From Octopus vulgaris (lineage: Eukaryota): 64,000 bases of DNA. Location of the stretch: contig OX597815.1 of the NCBI GenBank assembly GCA_951406725.2, forward strand, positions 202,182,001 through 202,246,000, written 5' to 3'. Below, in pieces: positions 27,226 to 41,016 of this stretch (position 1 is its first letter; each line of letters begins with the position of its first letter). The translations under genes and the position numbers were made by a program. The notes under the pieces are model-generated. The model saw only the letters and a list, made by a program, of their open reading frames with translations, was not told the DNA's origin and ran no database searches.

Positions 27226-28395
27226 GGACTGGCCAAATATCTCGAAATATTGAATGACTGGATGCTAAAGCTCGTGGAAAATCACGAGAGACGAAAGAAG
27301 CTTCATTCTATCATGAAGGAAAGCAAAAAATTTGTTATTGATCTCGTGCAGGATACCCAAACTGAACAACCCGAGGCAAGTATGGCAACTATTGTTGCAA
27401 AGAAGGTGAAAATGATGGCAATGAAAAAAGCGCACGAGCAATTGGCTGATAGGTGGGAGGAGAAACCTCTGCACGGCAAATATGTGACCCGCAGCAAAAA
27501 AGCTGATGTTGACCAGAAGCAAACCCATCAGTGACTACGGAGCTCAGGGCTAAAAGCAGAGAGCGAAGGTTTCATCCTGGCAGCTCAAGATCAAAGCCTA
27601 TTAACCCGGAACTACCAGGCCAATGTGATGAAAAATGGAGCAGACCCAAAATGCCGATTCTGCAACGACATGATTGAAACAGTGGACCACCTAATCTCTG
27701 GATGTAAAGTCTTAGCACCAGTGGAGTATAAATTAAGACATGACAGAGTTGGCCAATATCTCCACTGGCTAATACGTCGGCATTACAATATCAAAACTGC
27801 CGACAAGTGGTATAATCACCACCCTGAGGCTGTAACTGAAGGAGAAAATGTAACGATTCTGTGGGACTTTCCAGTACATACAGACCGAACCATCAAGGCC
27901 AATAAACCAGATATTGTTGTGAAAGACCAAAACAATAAAGTTTGCTTATTGATCGACATGAGCATTCCCTGTGATCATAATATCTCAGCGAAAGAGTTTG
28001 ACAAGCTCAGAAAATATAAAGACCTACTCATTGAAATTGAGAAAATGTGGCATCTCAAGGCGGTTACAATACCAGTGATCGTAGGAGCACTAGGAATGAT
28101 CAAGAAGGGAACCGAAAATTATATGAGAATGATCCCTGGCTTACCATCCCTGCAAGAAGTGCAAAAGATTGTCTTAACTGGTACATCACACGTATTGAGA
28201 AGAGCATTGTCGATGTGAGAACTGTTGCTGCTCATGTATTTTAATTTAACTTTAAAAAAAAAAAAAAAAATGAACGAACTACTGAGTTTGGTTTAATGGC
28301 CTACCAATGTATAGTATGAGTTTCTTTGCCCTAGGAGTCGGGAAGACACTCGGCAAGAAATGGAAGCAAATTTGAAAGAAGAAAAAAAAAAAAAA
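27226..28395 (+). mobile_element. Young 5'-truncated Dong/R4-type LINE (CCHC zinc knuckle + restriction-like endonuclease)
   Basis: One frame from 27226 to 28218 with a single TGA at 27532. It encodes KPLHGKY, LKAESEGFILAAQDQSL, CRFC-x8-H-x4-C, RHD, KPDIVV..LID..KLRKYKDL and IVGALG. (AAT)n on both sides. Confidence 0.96.
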
Positions 28396-28554
28396 AATAA
28401 TAATAATAATAATAACAACAAGGGTCATTTTCATAGAATTTTTTCCAATGGCCGGATAACTGAAGAGATGGCGGCGTGGATTTCCACCCCGACATCCGAA
28501 ACTCGAAGTTTTATCATGGCTACCGAATAATTGTTACATATTACATTTACAGAT

Positions 28555-28601
<47 letters not shown>

Positions 28602-28812
28602 CCATGATAGATCGTTAGCTCCTACACGCATTTTTTTCTATCCCTGTTTCTCTCCTTGTTTTTTTTTTCTGTGTATCTTTCTGTCGAAGAGCGCAGGCTC
28701 GAAACGTAAAAGACTTGTTCTATTTCTATTCCTGAGCGCCATACTAATACATTTGTTGGTTTGTACTCCACTTGCCTTCGTCTTTTGTTTATTTTCGTAA
28801 ACCTTATCGTTA
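28602..28812 (+). mobile_element. Short Penelope-pLTR-like element with a minimal hammerhead motif (family H2)
   Basis: 28676-28713 is TCTTT-CTGTCGA-A-GAGC-GCAG-GCTC-GAA-ACGT-A-AAAGA. Shares the downstream TTCCTGAGCG..TAATAC with H1. (TA)n on both sides. Confidence 0.72.
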
Positions 28813-30794
28813 TATATATATATATTCTCTGTTCTGTACCTAATCTTGAATCAGCCAATAATTATAGCCACATAGAACCTATGATTCTTCAGGTATTCTG
28901 TCTCAAGTTGCTTGTCATTATTGCAGCTAGTCTACATTAATATATATTTTAGAGAATCTATTAGTGTTTAATTATGGGGGAAAAAGTATCTTTTGATACA
29001 GTTTCAGTTGTTTTGTGATATTATTCCTTGATGAATCGCAAAACCAGATTCATTAACTGTTCATCTTTGTTATGCTGTTGTTGACTATCAAAAATTAATG
29101 TAACTTATTTGGAAAATCGTAATATTCATACTTCACATATATATACATATATACAAGGCTATAGACATCTACACAAGCATACACAGTGCGTGCGTGTACT
29201 TGTCTTTGAAAACATGAAGCATCAAAGAAATCATAAGGGTAATATAATTAACTAAATATTATATAAAAACAGATACATACAGCAGATAATAAACACGAAA
29301 TTTATACACGATTCATATATCAATTCTATTTTTGCTTTAAATATACTGCGCCAATTTAGAACTTTTGGGGGGTCCACCACACAAACGGCGTATGACAAAA
29401 TACTTGAAATAAGTTACTAATCAAATATATGTATTTTATATATAGTGGACAAAAATTCAATAAAATCTTCGGTATGGTACTTGCCTTGCTCTGATTACGT
29501 TTAATACCACCATATAGGGATAGCATTGCGAAGAAGCGAGTCTATTTAGTACATGTATGTGCAGTTTTGAATCCTTTCTAAATAGCGCATCAGTACACGA
29601 TGAAAGATTGTTATTATGCGTGTGTCTGTGAGAGTGTCAGTGTATCTGTGTATCTGTTTGAGTAGATGAGTAAATATTCAAATGTCTTAACATAAAAATA
29701 ATTTATTTTTATCTTTGTGGAACTAGCAATTAGAATGTCTTTAGAAGCATCAGGATCAAATAAATCTAGTTGTGAAGTTGCATATAAATAATTTTCTAAA
29801 TACTTGTATATTCGGAACACATATTCCGTTTTTTTCTATCACTCGTATTTTATCCACGTGTTACCATACATCTCTCTCCGATGTACAATTACACCGCGAA
29901 TCCCAAGCATTTTTAGCGTATTGGTGTAAAATATTATACACATTCAGTGACATTTGGCTTCCAGCAAACCATTCTAATAGGGATCATAATTCTATTTTCA
30001 TTCTGCTCTTTACGTTAACCTGGCATTCAGCTTATTTAATAGATTGGTGAACGATCGTTTTAGTTCTTGGAAAAAATTATATTTTATTTTTCCTTATTTT
30101 TCTTAATTCTCCTTTAGTTGACATCTTTCATTATCTTTCTTACATTATCGAGATTCTTTGCATAATTCATTCTGCGAATTTTCGTTTACTTCCTTCTATT
30201 TACAATATCTAACTTCTAAATTGAACGCCGCACATACTAACCACATTTTTGTTTGAATAATATAGCTTTTCTGTCTATTTTCTTCATTTTATTTGTGATT
30301 TCATATATTTTTATCTCTTTTATTTCCTCCTCAATTCGATCATTCTGTATATCTATCTACTTTTCTGTTTTCTTCCGCCTTCCTCACTCTCTAAGACTCT
30401 CAATCTTTTCTTCCTTCTGATATCAAAGATGTGAAAGCAAATGTAAATAACGACTAGCCTGAAAGCTTCTGTGAATAAAACGGCATTGTTTGCTTGATCT
30501 TTTAACATTTTCCCCATACACAAGTAGACAGTTAGATAATCAAGCTGCATTCAAGGAAATTATATTTTGTTGTGTAATAACAACTACCTTACTGTCCAAA
30601 TCAGAAAATAGAAATACCAAAAAAAAATGTAAAGGGATACGTAAACAAAAGAAAGAAAATTTTAGGAAATAATGTTGGGGAAAGTAGGAAGGAACAAAAA
30701 AGAAAACCGAAAGTAAGTTGGAGAGAACATTATAACCTCTCTTAAACAAGAATGAAAAATTCATCTGACGTTAATGTCCTGAATAGTATACAAG

Positions 30795-30832
<38 letters not shown>

Positions 30833-31254
30833 AATATATGTATATGTATATATTTGCTCCCCACCTCATATATATATATGTGAGTGTATGTGTGTATTTA
30901 TATGTGTGTGCGTGTCTGTGTATGTGTGTGTTTGTGTATGTGTGTGTGTTTGCATATGTATATATTAGCTGAGATTAACTTCTAGGATGTGAAATGTGAA
31001 ATAACGCTGAAATATGTGGCAAGGTTACAGAAGAATTAAAACAATATTTGAAAACTTAAATATTATAAAATTCAGGAGATAAATCTCAAAAGAAATGTTG
31101 AAATTATCAAATTATTCTAAAGCAAATGTGAACAGAAAAATCAATGAGAAAATAATTTAGAATCGGTAAATAAAAACAGCAGGAAAAAACGTCAAATTAC
31201 GTTTAACTTACTATTGGTCTAGGAATGGGCATATAGTCTTTTTTTTTTTACTTT

Positions 31255-31605
31255 TTTTTACTTGTTTCGGTCATTTGACTCTGGTCATACTGGAGCACCA
31301 CATTTAGTCGAACAAATCGACCCCAGGACTTATTCTTTGTAAGTTACTTTTGCCGAACTGCTAATTTATGGGGCCGTAAACACACGAACATCGGTTTTCA
31401 AGCGAAGGTGGGGGAGGGAGAAACGCAGGCACACAAATATATGCATATATACGACAAGCGTCTTTCAGTTTCCGTCTACCAAATCCACTCAGAAGGCTTT
31501 AGTCGACCCGAGGCTATAGCAGAAGACACTTGCCCAAGGTGCCAAGTAGTGGGGCTGAACCATATGATTGAGAAGCAAGCTTCTTACCACAGGGCTACGC
31601 CTGCG
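31255..31605 (-). mobile_element. SINE family A
   Basis: Reverse complement of 40578-41016 with internal deletions. Confidence 0.9.
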
Positions 31606-32281
31606 TGTGTGCGCCTGTGTGCATGTATATGATATGAAGAAAATTGTCAAATCGACAGCACCAATGTAAAATAAACATCATACGCATGTCATAAAAGGAA
31701 TTACAACAACACCTAGTATCACGTGGCCAAAGCATCGAACACTACATCATATCACTGCAACATGGGTCACTTTATTTCTATGTATTACAAATAATAGTAA
31801 TAATTTACTTTACTGAGAAAGAATTTACATTTCTGGCAAACCTTCGAATAACTGCAGAGTTTATACTTATGCCATGCAAACATAGAATACTACATAACTA
31901 AGCATTCTATAATGAACATATTGCGTCCGATGCACATACCCTAATAATAATATTGATTTCCAACGAAAGTACATGACTCGAAAGCTGAGATTGCGGTATG
32001 GTGAGATTAGCACTGTCGGCCATGATGTGATTTAAACTCTGAATGCAAGTGTCGTAATTAGATCCCGCAGAATGTGAGAGAATGTTTAGGGACAATATGT
32101 TGCTGCAAAGGAGCAGGTGCTGCAAAACGACGCATTTCAATACTTAGAAAATGTAATGGTGTGACATATATTACTAACTGTTTAGTTAACGATGTACTGG
32201 TCAGTATTTACAACAACGCAATCACCACGAATGTTAAACCTACAGAACTCGGTAATAACAAAATTATTGCATTTAGCAGGT

Positions 32282-32665
32282 ACTAGCAGTATCGCCCGGC
32301 GTTGCTCAGGTTTGTAAGGGAAATAACTATAAAGAATTTTTAGAGAGTTATAGCCAAAAAATAGCAAAAAAATGGAAAAAAAATGATGGTAAATTTTTTT
32401 GAGATTTAAAAAAGGTGGAGTTGCGTCCCCTAGACAGTTTGCGGTTTGTGTTTCTGATTCTCGACCCCATGTCGAATTTATCGATTTTTCAGAACTGGGG
32501 GAACTTTTCAAAATTGTCGCTGCGTTAGTTTTGAATTATGACATTGGGCTATGTGTGTGTCAAGTTTCATCAGAATCGGTTGAAAGCCGTGGTCAGGGTG
32601 AGGGTACAAGCAAACAGACACACAGAAACACGCACAGACAAACTGCCGTTTATATAGAGAGAGAT
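32282..32665 (+). mobile_element. Non-autonomous Helentron-associated (HINE/DINE-1-like) element
   Basis: Starts ACTAG..CCCGGCGTTGC. The 3' part has CAAGTTTCATCAGAATCGGTTGA..., an ACAG-type microsatellite and a TTTATATAGAGA end, the architecture of DINE-1-like elements. Recognised by pattern only. Confidence 0.65.
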
Positions 32666-32979
32666 GTCAACGGTAAAAGCAGTAACAGTAACGCCGTGCT
32701 AACGACACCCATTATTAACAAGAACGTAGGCGTCTGTGCTTGAAAAATGAAGTGGATTTAAAAGTGTGGTATCATAATAGTGCTGATTAGCTGTTTTAGA
32801 AAGATCAGCAAAAGAAGCAATACCAATATGAATGTTGTCAACGGCAATATAGTTCTTTTACTAGTAGCAACCAAGTCTGCGACATCCAATAGCAGCACTA
32901 GCATCAAATGCAGCACTAGTTATACAAAAAGCAATAACATAGAAGCCTCTAGACGTGGATAACATTCTACACTATAGGG

Positions 32980-33200
32980 CAGTGGTTTTCAACCGGGGTT
33001 CCGCGGAACCTTAGGGTTACGCCAGTACAGTCCAGGGGTTCCGCAAGAAGTTACAAATCTGCTAAAATCGGCAGTAATTTTAAATTCTCTCCTGTGCAGA
33101 TATGTGTGCATAAGACTATTAAATTATTGCACAGGGGTTCCTCGAGCCAGTGGAATGTTCCCTTGGGGTTCCGCTCCAGCAAAAAGTTTAAAAAGCACTG
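32980..33200. mobile_element. hAT (Buster/Charlie-type) MITE, 221 bp
   Basis: TIRs CAGTGGTTTTCAACC / GTTTAAAAAGCACTG. Perfect 8-bp TSD CTATAGGG (32972-32979 and 33201-33208) with central TA. Subterminal GGGGTTCC repeats. Confidence 0.93.
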
Positions 33201-35778
33201 CTATAGGGAAATGTTCATTTACGAGGCAGCATTTGAGGAGAGCTAGAAGAGTTCTTAACAGAGAAATTTATCATACAGACAGGACGATTATGATGTAACG
33301 AAGTATAAGGAAAACGGTGTTGAATATTGAGACAAACGGGGACAGTTGAGGCCACGAAGACCAAGAGAGGATGGAAGCGTTTCATATATGATGCGTATTT
33401 CTTCAATTATACCAGTCAATAATAGAAATTATTGGTGAAATATTTCTCAGATTCCTATGCTAAGAGTTAATCCTGAGCCTTCTTGTAAGGAAGGTAAGGT
33501 TTCACACTTTTCCTGACCTGCAGTGGATATAAAGTAACACTTGGAGATGTGCTGACAAGCAATGACTTTTTACAGAACAGCCAAACTGCGGTAACAATAG
33601 CAGAGTAAGCAACACCACTTCATTACAAGCTCTATTTTTGCACTGATTTTAATATAACAAATAGGTTGTTATTTTGCCTTTAAGGTCTACCGGCAATAAA
33701 ACTAGTCGGAATTGCTACATGTCCTGACATTAATTGAACAAGGAAAACTGGAAAAGTTCCTTGAGCAAATAGCTTTGATAAGCATGGTGAAACCGAGGGT
33801 AGAAGTTTCGCACGCCACAGTTTTAACATAATGCCCTTCTGGACGTATCTTGAGTCAAGCCAAAAACAACCGTATTATTTCTAACAGTATACAAACAAAA
33901 GAAACTGAGGTTACAAACAAGGAATTTAACCAAACCAATGTTATGGCAGCACAGGGGATTGCTAGCAAATGAAGTGGCACTAACTTCGCCTCTCCATCAC
34001 GCAACAATATTGATTGCCCCAATATGGTTATTTTCCCGTTTTTTTTTGTTTTTTTTTTTTCAATTGTATTTCTAGTTTGGAATTACAACTATTATGTTGC
34101 AGTCACATATCAACCCTGAAGTAGTAGAGATTTACATTCCTGAGAGCAAAAACTTCCCAACATATTTTAATATTCAATATTTCTTTTATGGCGTTTCATA
34201 TTGAAAAAAATATTATGGTTTCAGCAATACTTGTTTATTATATCTAGTATATTCCACAAACACGTAAAGGCGCCATTATTTTCTGGTCTCACATCCTGAG
34301 TCATGTGAATTCTGTTATGTTATTGACCACTGTTTGGTTGCATGAAACATTGCATGAGTTTTGCTACTGAAATAAGTGTATCTTACACCCCAGTTGTATA
34401 TATCTAGATAGGATATTTTTAAACAGTTGCAAGCTTTGGTATGTTTGATTTATTAGGATGTTTTTCTTGCAATCCGTATTTTGCATTATCGACCCTAGTA
34501 TTCAAAGTGATTTCGTTATTGGTTTGTTTCAATTTCTTAAACTAGTCTTTGCTTGTCAATTTTAAGCTCTATATTCCAAGTGACATTTCGTGAGGATTAA
34601 AATGATGTGTTTATTATTTGTTGGAGCATTAGTTTTATTAGTTTTATAACCATCCTTATTGACATGAATATGGCAACAGCCAATGTGATGATGGAGTTGA
34701 TAAGAACGACAAAGGTGACAGCGACAACGCCGTTCATGATGCTCTTTTGGATGATGATAGTGATGATTATGTACATGTGGAGAAGGAACAGGAGTGGTAG
34801 GATGCATCTTGAAGTGCACAAGTTTTCCAATAAACAGTTGTAGGATACAGGTGTACAAAATTAATTAAGCATTTCTACATTGATATTTTACAGTCTTCAA
34901 AATTCTAATAATTATTTCAGACATTAAAATATGGAAAAATTGTCGGAGAAAGCGAGGCGTTTGAAGGAAAAAAAATTAAACAGTTATCATGAATTGCAGA
35001 TGAAATGTAAAAACTAAATACATAAATGAATGAATAAATAAATAGATAAATAAATAATAAATAAATAAATAAATAGACGATTACTTTTTTACCCAGCGAA
35101 ATTATAAATGGAGTCAAGAAGGTATTTTATTTGTTTAAAGTCGTAATATTTGAACAGTTAAAATCCTAAATCAAACGTAGCAACATCGTTAGATACTAAC
35201 ATGACGTAGGATGGCCATCAGGATTGTTCGACGACAAAAGAATATATAGTTGATCAACCACATCATAGATTTTTTACCTACGTTAATCAATTTCCACACT
35301 ACTATCTTTAAAAATATTAAAGGGAAATTGTACACAATTTCCAATTCGATAAGGTGAGATGAAAGTAGATGACAGGCTTTTAGCTCCCTCTGGCGGTTGA
35401 AGAATCTTAGCAATAGTTAGTACGATGTAAAAATATAACGTTATGATCTTGAACAGTCAATGACAAATACGAATGTTACGTTAAAAGTACATCTTAGACT
35501 TTCATCATAGAAACAGATCGTTACCATTGAATATACGCATTTTTAGATTAGTTCAAATATGTTTCTGATATATCTCACTTATAGGAAAACAACTTTCACT
35601 TTCATTTGTCATGGAGAAAACTCGCTTTTAGCAAAAGGGGTAAATAACCAATACAAATATTGATGGCGCTCTACATATCTGTATGAGCGCGTGCAGTGCA
35701 TATTTGTAATCTGTACATATATCGGACAGGTTAGGCTGGCGAAACTACCATAACAGCAGAGGTTTTCTTGTTCAGAGT

Positions 35779-36164
35779 GGAGGCGCAATGGCCCAGTGGT
35801 TAGGGCAGCGGACTCGCGGTCGTAGGATCGCGGTTTCGATTCCCAGACCGGGCGTTGTGAGTGTTTATTGAGCGAAAACACCTAAAAGCTCCACGAGGCT
35901 CCGGCAGGGGGTGGTGATCCCTGCTGTACTCTTTCACCACAACTTTCTCTCACTCTTACTTCCTGTTTCTGTTGTATCTGTATTTCAAGGGGCCGGCCTT
36001 GTCACTTTCTGTGTCACGCTGAATATCCCCGAGAACTACGTTAAGGGTACACGTGTCTGTGGAGTGCTCAGCCACTCACACGTTAATTTCACGAGCAGGC
36101 TGTTCCGTTGATCGGATCAACCGGAACCCTCGCCGTCGTAACCGACGGAGTGCTTCTCTCTCTC
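35779..36164 (+). mobile_element. tRNA-derived SINE family C (tail type 1), full length
   Basis: A box and GTTTCGATTCC; nearly identical to 44926-45311. Imperfect TSD TCTTGT(T/A)CAGA(G/A)T at 35766-35778 and 36165-36177. Confidence 0.93.
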
Positions 36165-38559
36165 TCTTGTACAGAATATTAAAACACCCAGCGGAATAGA
36201 TATGAGAGCAGAGATTTCTTTCGGAAAGAACAAACCAGTTGATTTTCTTCAAACCCAATGTTTCCCAGGCGATGTCGTCGCACTTCCCCAACACTCATCT
36301 TATTTAAAATGCCACGGTCGATGGGAATATTATTGCCAAACATTTTTTCTCAGGCAGCACTTGCTTCATGTTTCTGTCTCAGACAAGTGGTGAAGAAAAG
36401 CAAGCAGACAAATAGCAACCTCAACTGTTTGCCGTTCAAGAAAAGTTGAAGATACTGAAGCAACTGCATGCCTGTACATCATTAGCAAGATGATGTACAT
36501 CATGCTCAGTTCCACATAGCGAAGGCCGACAGGATATTGACCGAGCGATCAACAATACGCATCCCTTCCATGGGGAGTGGAAGAGCAACTGTTCTGCTAT
36601 GGTCATCAATGAATCAGTGCAAGGTTCGAAGAAGCAGCGGTAGTAATAAAAGGATATGATGTAGGCTTTCACAAGGAAAAAGCCCAATCCTTCAGGAGCA
36701 GTTTAACCTCAGCTCATTTCTGAGTAAGAATAACCAACCTACTCCTCACTTTTTTTCCATTCGCAGCTCACTATGGACCTAGACCAAACCAAATCCCGAT
36801 CTATTTAATCAGTAATCCATCCAGACTCTTACGATAATCTTAAGCGCATGGACCTACATCTCCCGGTAATAACCTGCAGACCCAATGAAATCTCAAGGTT
36901 AAGTTTTGCTTCTGATATAATTTCGCATTGCTCTATATAACCGGCAATCCCCTCGAATTTCTCGGTTATGCCATCCATGTATAAAAACACGAATCTTCTG
37001 CCTCTTTATTCTCAATAGCCTTTTTTCACGGCTTTTCGCAATCGATGGTTCACAATTCCTCCTGCCAAATCCCGCTTAGCTAATTTCCTACTCCAATCTA
37101 TTTAAACTTGGTACATTCAACTGATAATAAATGGGTCCAACCATAAGACGTTTGTGTAGGTCGACTATATAGGTCACAAATTTGTATTGTGTGTTGCTGA
37201 CCAATTTTCATTGTGAACACTCCATGTTATCTTGATCAGCTAGCTTACATCTTACGCTAACTAGTCACGATCTGGATGACTGAATTTGTTTGCACATGTC
37301 AACTTTCGTGCAATACAGAAATCCAGTTTGCTAAACATTTACACCGACCTCCAGCATCAGCTAGACTCATGCAGATGAAAGGTAAATCACAGACGGCATT
37401 CTAATCGCTCATAATCACTAAAGAATGGAACGTCCTCAGAAAATTCTCCAGCGAGCTGAAGAGAACTGACGGCTCCGTTTCAGCAGAGGTATAAACAATG
37501 AGCACTCTAGAGAAAAGACGTTTGCTACATCAACGACCACCAGCGTACTGTCCGTGAACATGAGGATCGATCGTACTTTGTCCTGGAATTTCTTATCTCA
37601 TTGAAATTATCCTAGGATTATTACTTTCACATATTGTAACATCGTCAGTGTTAGTCCCGGAACCTATCATTCCGTTTCCATATTTTCCCTTTGTGCGATA
37701 AAAAAAACAAGATTTTTTTTGTTTTTGTTCTTTATCTGCACAAATTTTAGACTAGGTATATTTTGTTATGTTTGTGTGTATGTGTGACTCTTTGGGTTTG
37801 CTTTCGCGTGTATTTTCTTTATTATTTCTTAAGTTTTAAGAGCTATTGAATATGATGGTGAGAAGAAAGAACTATATTTTACTTCCTTCCAAATCATACT
37901 CAAAAATGTTTGAAAAAATTCCTCTATTGTGCATAATCTGAAAAAAATATGAACTATGTACGAGTAAAATTTCAGGTTGGTAGGGAAGTTTCTACTTCTT
38001 TTAGGCAACAAATGGAGCTCATAAAATGGGGATAGGTCTTCTTTTGTTTCTAATATTATCAATATTTCTAAGGACCGAAATAGTTTTGAAAACAATTTTT
38101 TGGTAAGCATGAATATTTCTTCACGTTGCCTTAGGAAAGGGCATGATCGGATGAAGGACATATGGCCAAACAGAAGTATTCCTCTGATTTCCTGTGAATT
38201 ATGGAGTTTATATCATTTTATCATATTTTGTATGAGTTCGCGCGTGCGTGCGTGTGCGTGTGCGCGCGCGTGCGTGTGTGTGTGTGTGTGCGTGTGTGTG
38301 TGTGTCTGGGAAGTAACAAGTTAGTCTAGTTTATTTAAATTTGCATTCTCAGACAGCGCTCAAATCATAAAATTCTCGTCGACTATTTCAAAATGCTGCG
38401 TCGGCCTTTAGCAGATTAATGTTAAATCACTGGCTTCTGTATACTGAGAATACTATTTCGCAAACCTGCAGCATCCACATATTTATCTTCCCCGCAACAT
38501 CGATCATACACGATACGATTAAATCAAATCTAAAAAACCAAGTTTTAAAGAATACCGAT

Positions 38560-39205
38560 TTGTTGTAGCATGGATATCATATAAGAAGGGCACAGATAAG
38601 GAAGACATATCCTATGTAGTGCCTTTGAAGAGATGGTCTCACAAATAATCTTTGAATGTAGAGTGTTTGCTCAAATAGTATAACAGGGCAGATGACATAG
38701 TTGCTACAATCAGAAATTAATAATATGGAACAGAACTTACAAGAAAATGGTTTGACTTAAAACAGAAGACGCGTTTGATACAACAAAATTATCTTATAAT
38801 GGTACACCAGGATATGAAATTTCATACGGATAGGAAAATAGAATATTCACGTCCGTATAGTGACGTAGTAAGTAAAGAGGAATGTGTGTTTTGATGAATC
38901 GCTGTTACACGCTATTGTAATACAAGATTGTAAGGGAAACAAAGCGTAATAGAACTGAAAAATATCACATGAAAAATGCGAACTTTAAAGAATCTGTAAT
39001 TACCATAAACCTAAGGAACTGTAAGAAGAGTGCATGGTTGTTTAAGGATGCTCGATTTGGAGACAAATTTCCTGACTACAAATGTTTTTCTGAGCACAGA
39101 AAAAGTTTAAAGTAAAGGCTAATCAACAAACACTGTGGTTTGCTACTTGATATTTAGGAATCGAATAACGACAGAAAAACAACTAAATTCTGAGTAAACG
39201 GAAAT
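38560..39205 (+). mobile_element. Very decayed Dong/R4-type LINE 3' end
   Basis: TTTCATACGGATAGGAAAATAGAATATTCACGTCCG translates to FHTDRKIEYSRP, matching the TDR..RPD motif; followed by (GAT)n(CAT)n. Confidence 0.55.
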
Positions 39206-39344
39206 GTTGATAATGATGATGATGATGATCATCATCATCATCATCATACTCGTTGTCATCGTTGTCGTCGTCATCATCATTGTTGTTGTTGCCTTGTGCC
39301 TAATGTAGAAAGAATTTTTGTTGTTATTATTACTAATATTATCA

Positions 39345-39348
39345 TCAA

Positions 39349-39409
<61 letters not shown>

Positions 39410-39425
39410 TTCATCATCATCATCC

Positions 39426-39463
<38 letters not shown>

Positions 39464-39793
39464 TAAAAATCATGGATATAATAAACAAATAGGCAGGATA
39501 AAGAGGAATGTAGCTATCATGGAGCCACATTCAGGACAAACATTTTAAGTTCTAGGCGCGTTTATTGATAAAATTGCTGAAGAAATGAAATTCACGTCAA
39601 TAAGTTGTATATTCAAGTTCGAAAGAGGATTGTATATCATGATATAAATTTTCCTTTCATGGCTTCGATATATCTAATTTCTTTCCTACCGTTACCATAG
39701 ATCACGGAAATCTATGCTTCATAAACAACGGGGGATATATCGCATTTCTAGTTCTTAAGGATATTTAGATTTGTATTTACATGTGTATCCAGG

Positions 39794-39835
<42 letters not shown>

Positions 39836-39868
39836 CTATTTATATTTGTATCTACATGTGCATTCATG

Positions 39869-39953
<85 letters not shown>
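39345..39953. repeat. (ATT)n(GTA)n tract (39345-39463) and (TA)n tracts (39795-39953)
   Basis: Directly visible. Confidence 0.9.
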
Positions 39954-39957
<4 letters not shown>

Positions 39958-40577
39958 ATTGTGAATCGTTTGATGTTTCAATAGATATCATATGATAGTT
40001 GCTGAGTTGGGAGTACACTCCGTCCAACTGGGAGAACAAATCTCATAAGCAACAACGGAACTGGAAAGGGAGGAAGTGGTAAAATTTGCGAGGAGTTCAA
40101 AAGCAGATGTAACCAGCCAGTTAGAAATTATACAATAGCAACCTTCAAATATGTTATCCTAAAAATAACAGGTGAAACACATCTAGTGGCTACGAACTTC
40201 GTGCAACATAAATAGTAGGTCTAGTTCCAATTACATGCGAAAATTTTATAAGAACTATGATATAATCTCTATACATACATTTTGTGTCGAAACATAATCA
40301 CGCGTAAGAGTCTAAAATCCCTCTTTTGCGATAAAGCAAGTTTTCACGAGATAGATAATATGTATAATCATGTACAATTCTTTAATTCAAAAGTACTGTA
40401 CTTTATAACTCACTTACACCACATAGCAGAAAATTTTGCAGGAAAAGATTTTCGACATCGTATGAGCCACTGCGTTCAGGAAATTGTTTCATAAACTGCG
40501 TGGCAAAATAATTCCTTTTCCTAATCAACAAACTCATTGACAAAAACGAATGTTTAATAATCATGGAATGGCATTGC

Positions 40578-40755
40578 AGGCTTAGGAGTGGCTGTGTGGT
40601 AAGTAGTTTGCTAACCAACCACATGGTTCCGGGTTCAGTCCCACTGCGTGGCATCTTGGGCAAGTGTCTCTGCTATAGCCCCGGGCCGACCAAAGCCTTG
40701 TGAGTGGATTTGGTAGACGGAAACTGAAAGAAGCCTGTCGTATATATGCATATAC

Positions 40756-40797
<42 letters not shown>

Positions 40798-41016
40798 TTG
40801 TGTGTCTGTGTTTGTCCCCCTAGCATCGCTTGACAACCGATGCTGGTGTGTTTACATCCCCGTCAATTAGCGGTTCGGCAAAAGAGACCGATAGAATAAG
40901 AACTGGGCTTACAAAGAATAAGTCCCGGGGTCGATTTGCTCGACTAAAGGCGGTGCTCCAGCATGGCCACAGTCAAATGACTGAAACAAGTAAAAGAGAA
41001 AAGAGAAAAGAGAGAG
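40578..41016 (+). mobile_element. tRNA-derived SINE family A, full length, with internal (TA)n(TG)n
   Basis: Head TGGCTGTGTGGTAAG (A box) and GGTTCAGTCCC (B box), followed by CTTGGGCAAGT (CORE-SINE-like); tail of AAAAGAG repeats. Several further copies in the window. Confidence 0.93.

Noticed and set aside
33210-33400. Possible decayed RTE 3' end (RPRRPRERWKRF)
   Set aside because: A single short motif is insufficient.
35779-35855. tRNA-like sequences at SINE heads (also 21546, 44926, 40578)
   Set aside because: A and B boxes are present, but there is no complete cloverleaf and each continues into a SINE body, mostly with TSDs; they are not tRNA genes.
36300-38200. Moderately GC-rich stretch that looks like decayed retroelement coding sequence
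   Set aside because: No diagnostic motif could be read in any frame.
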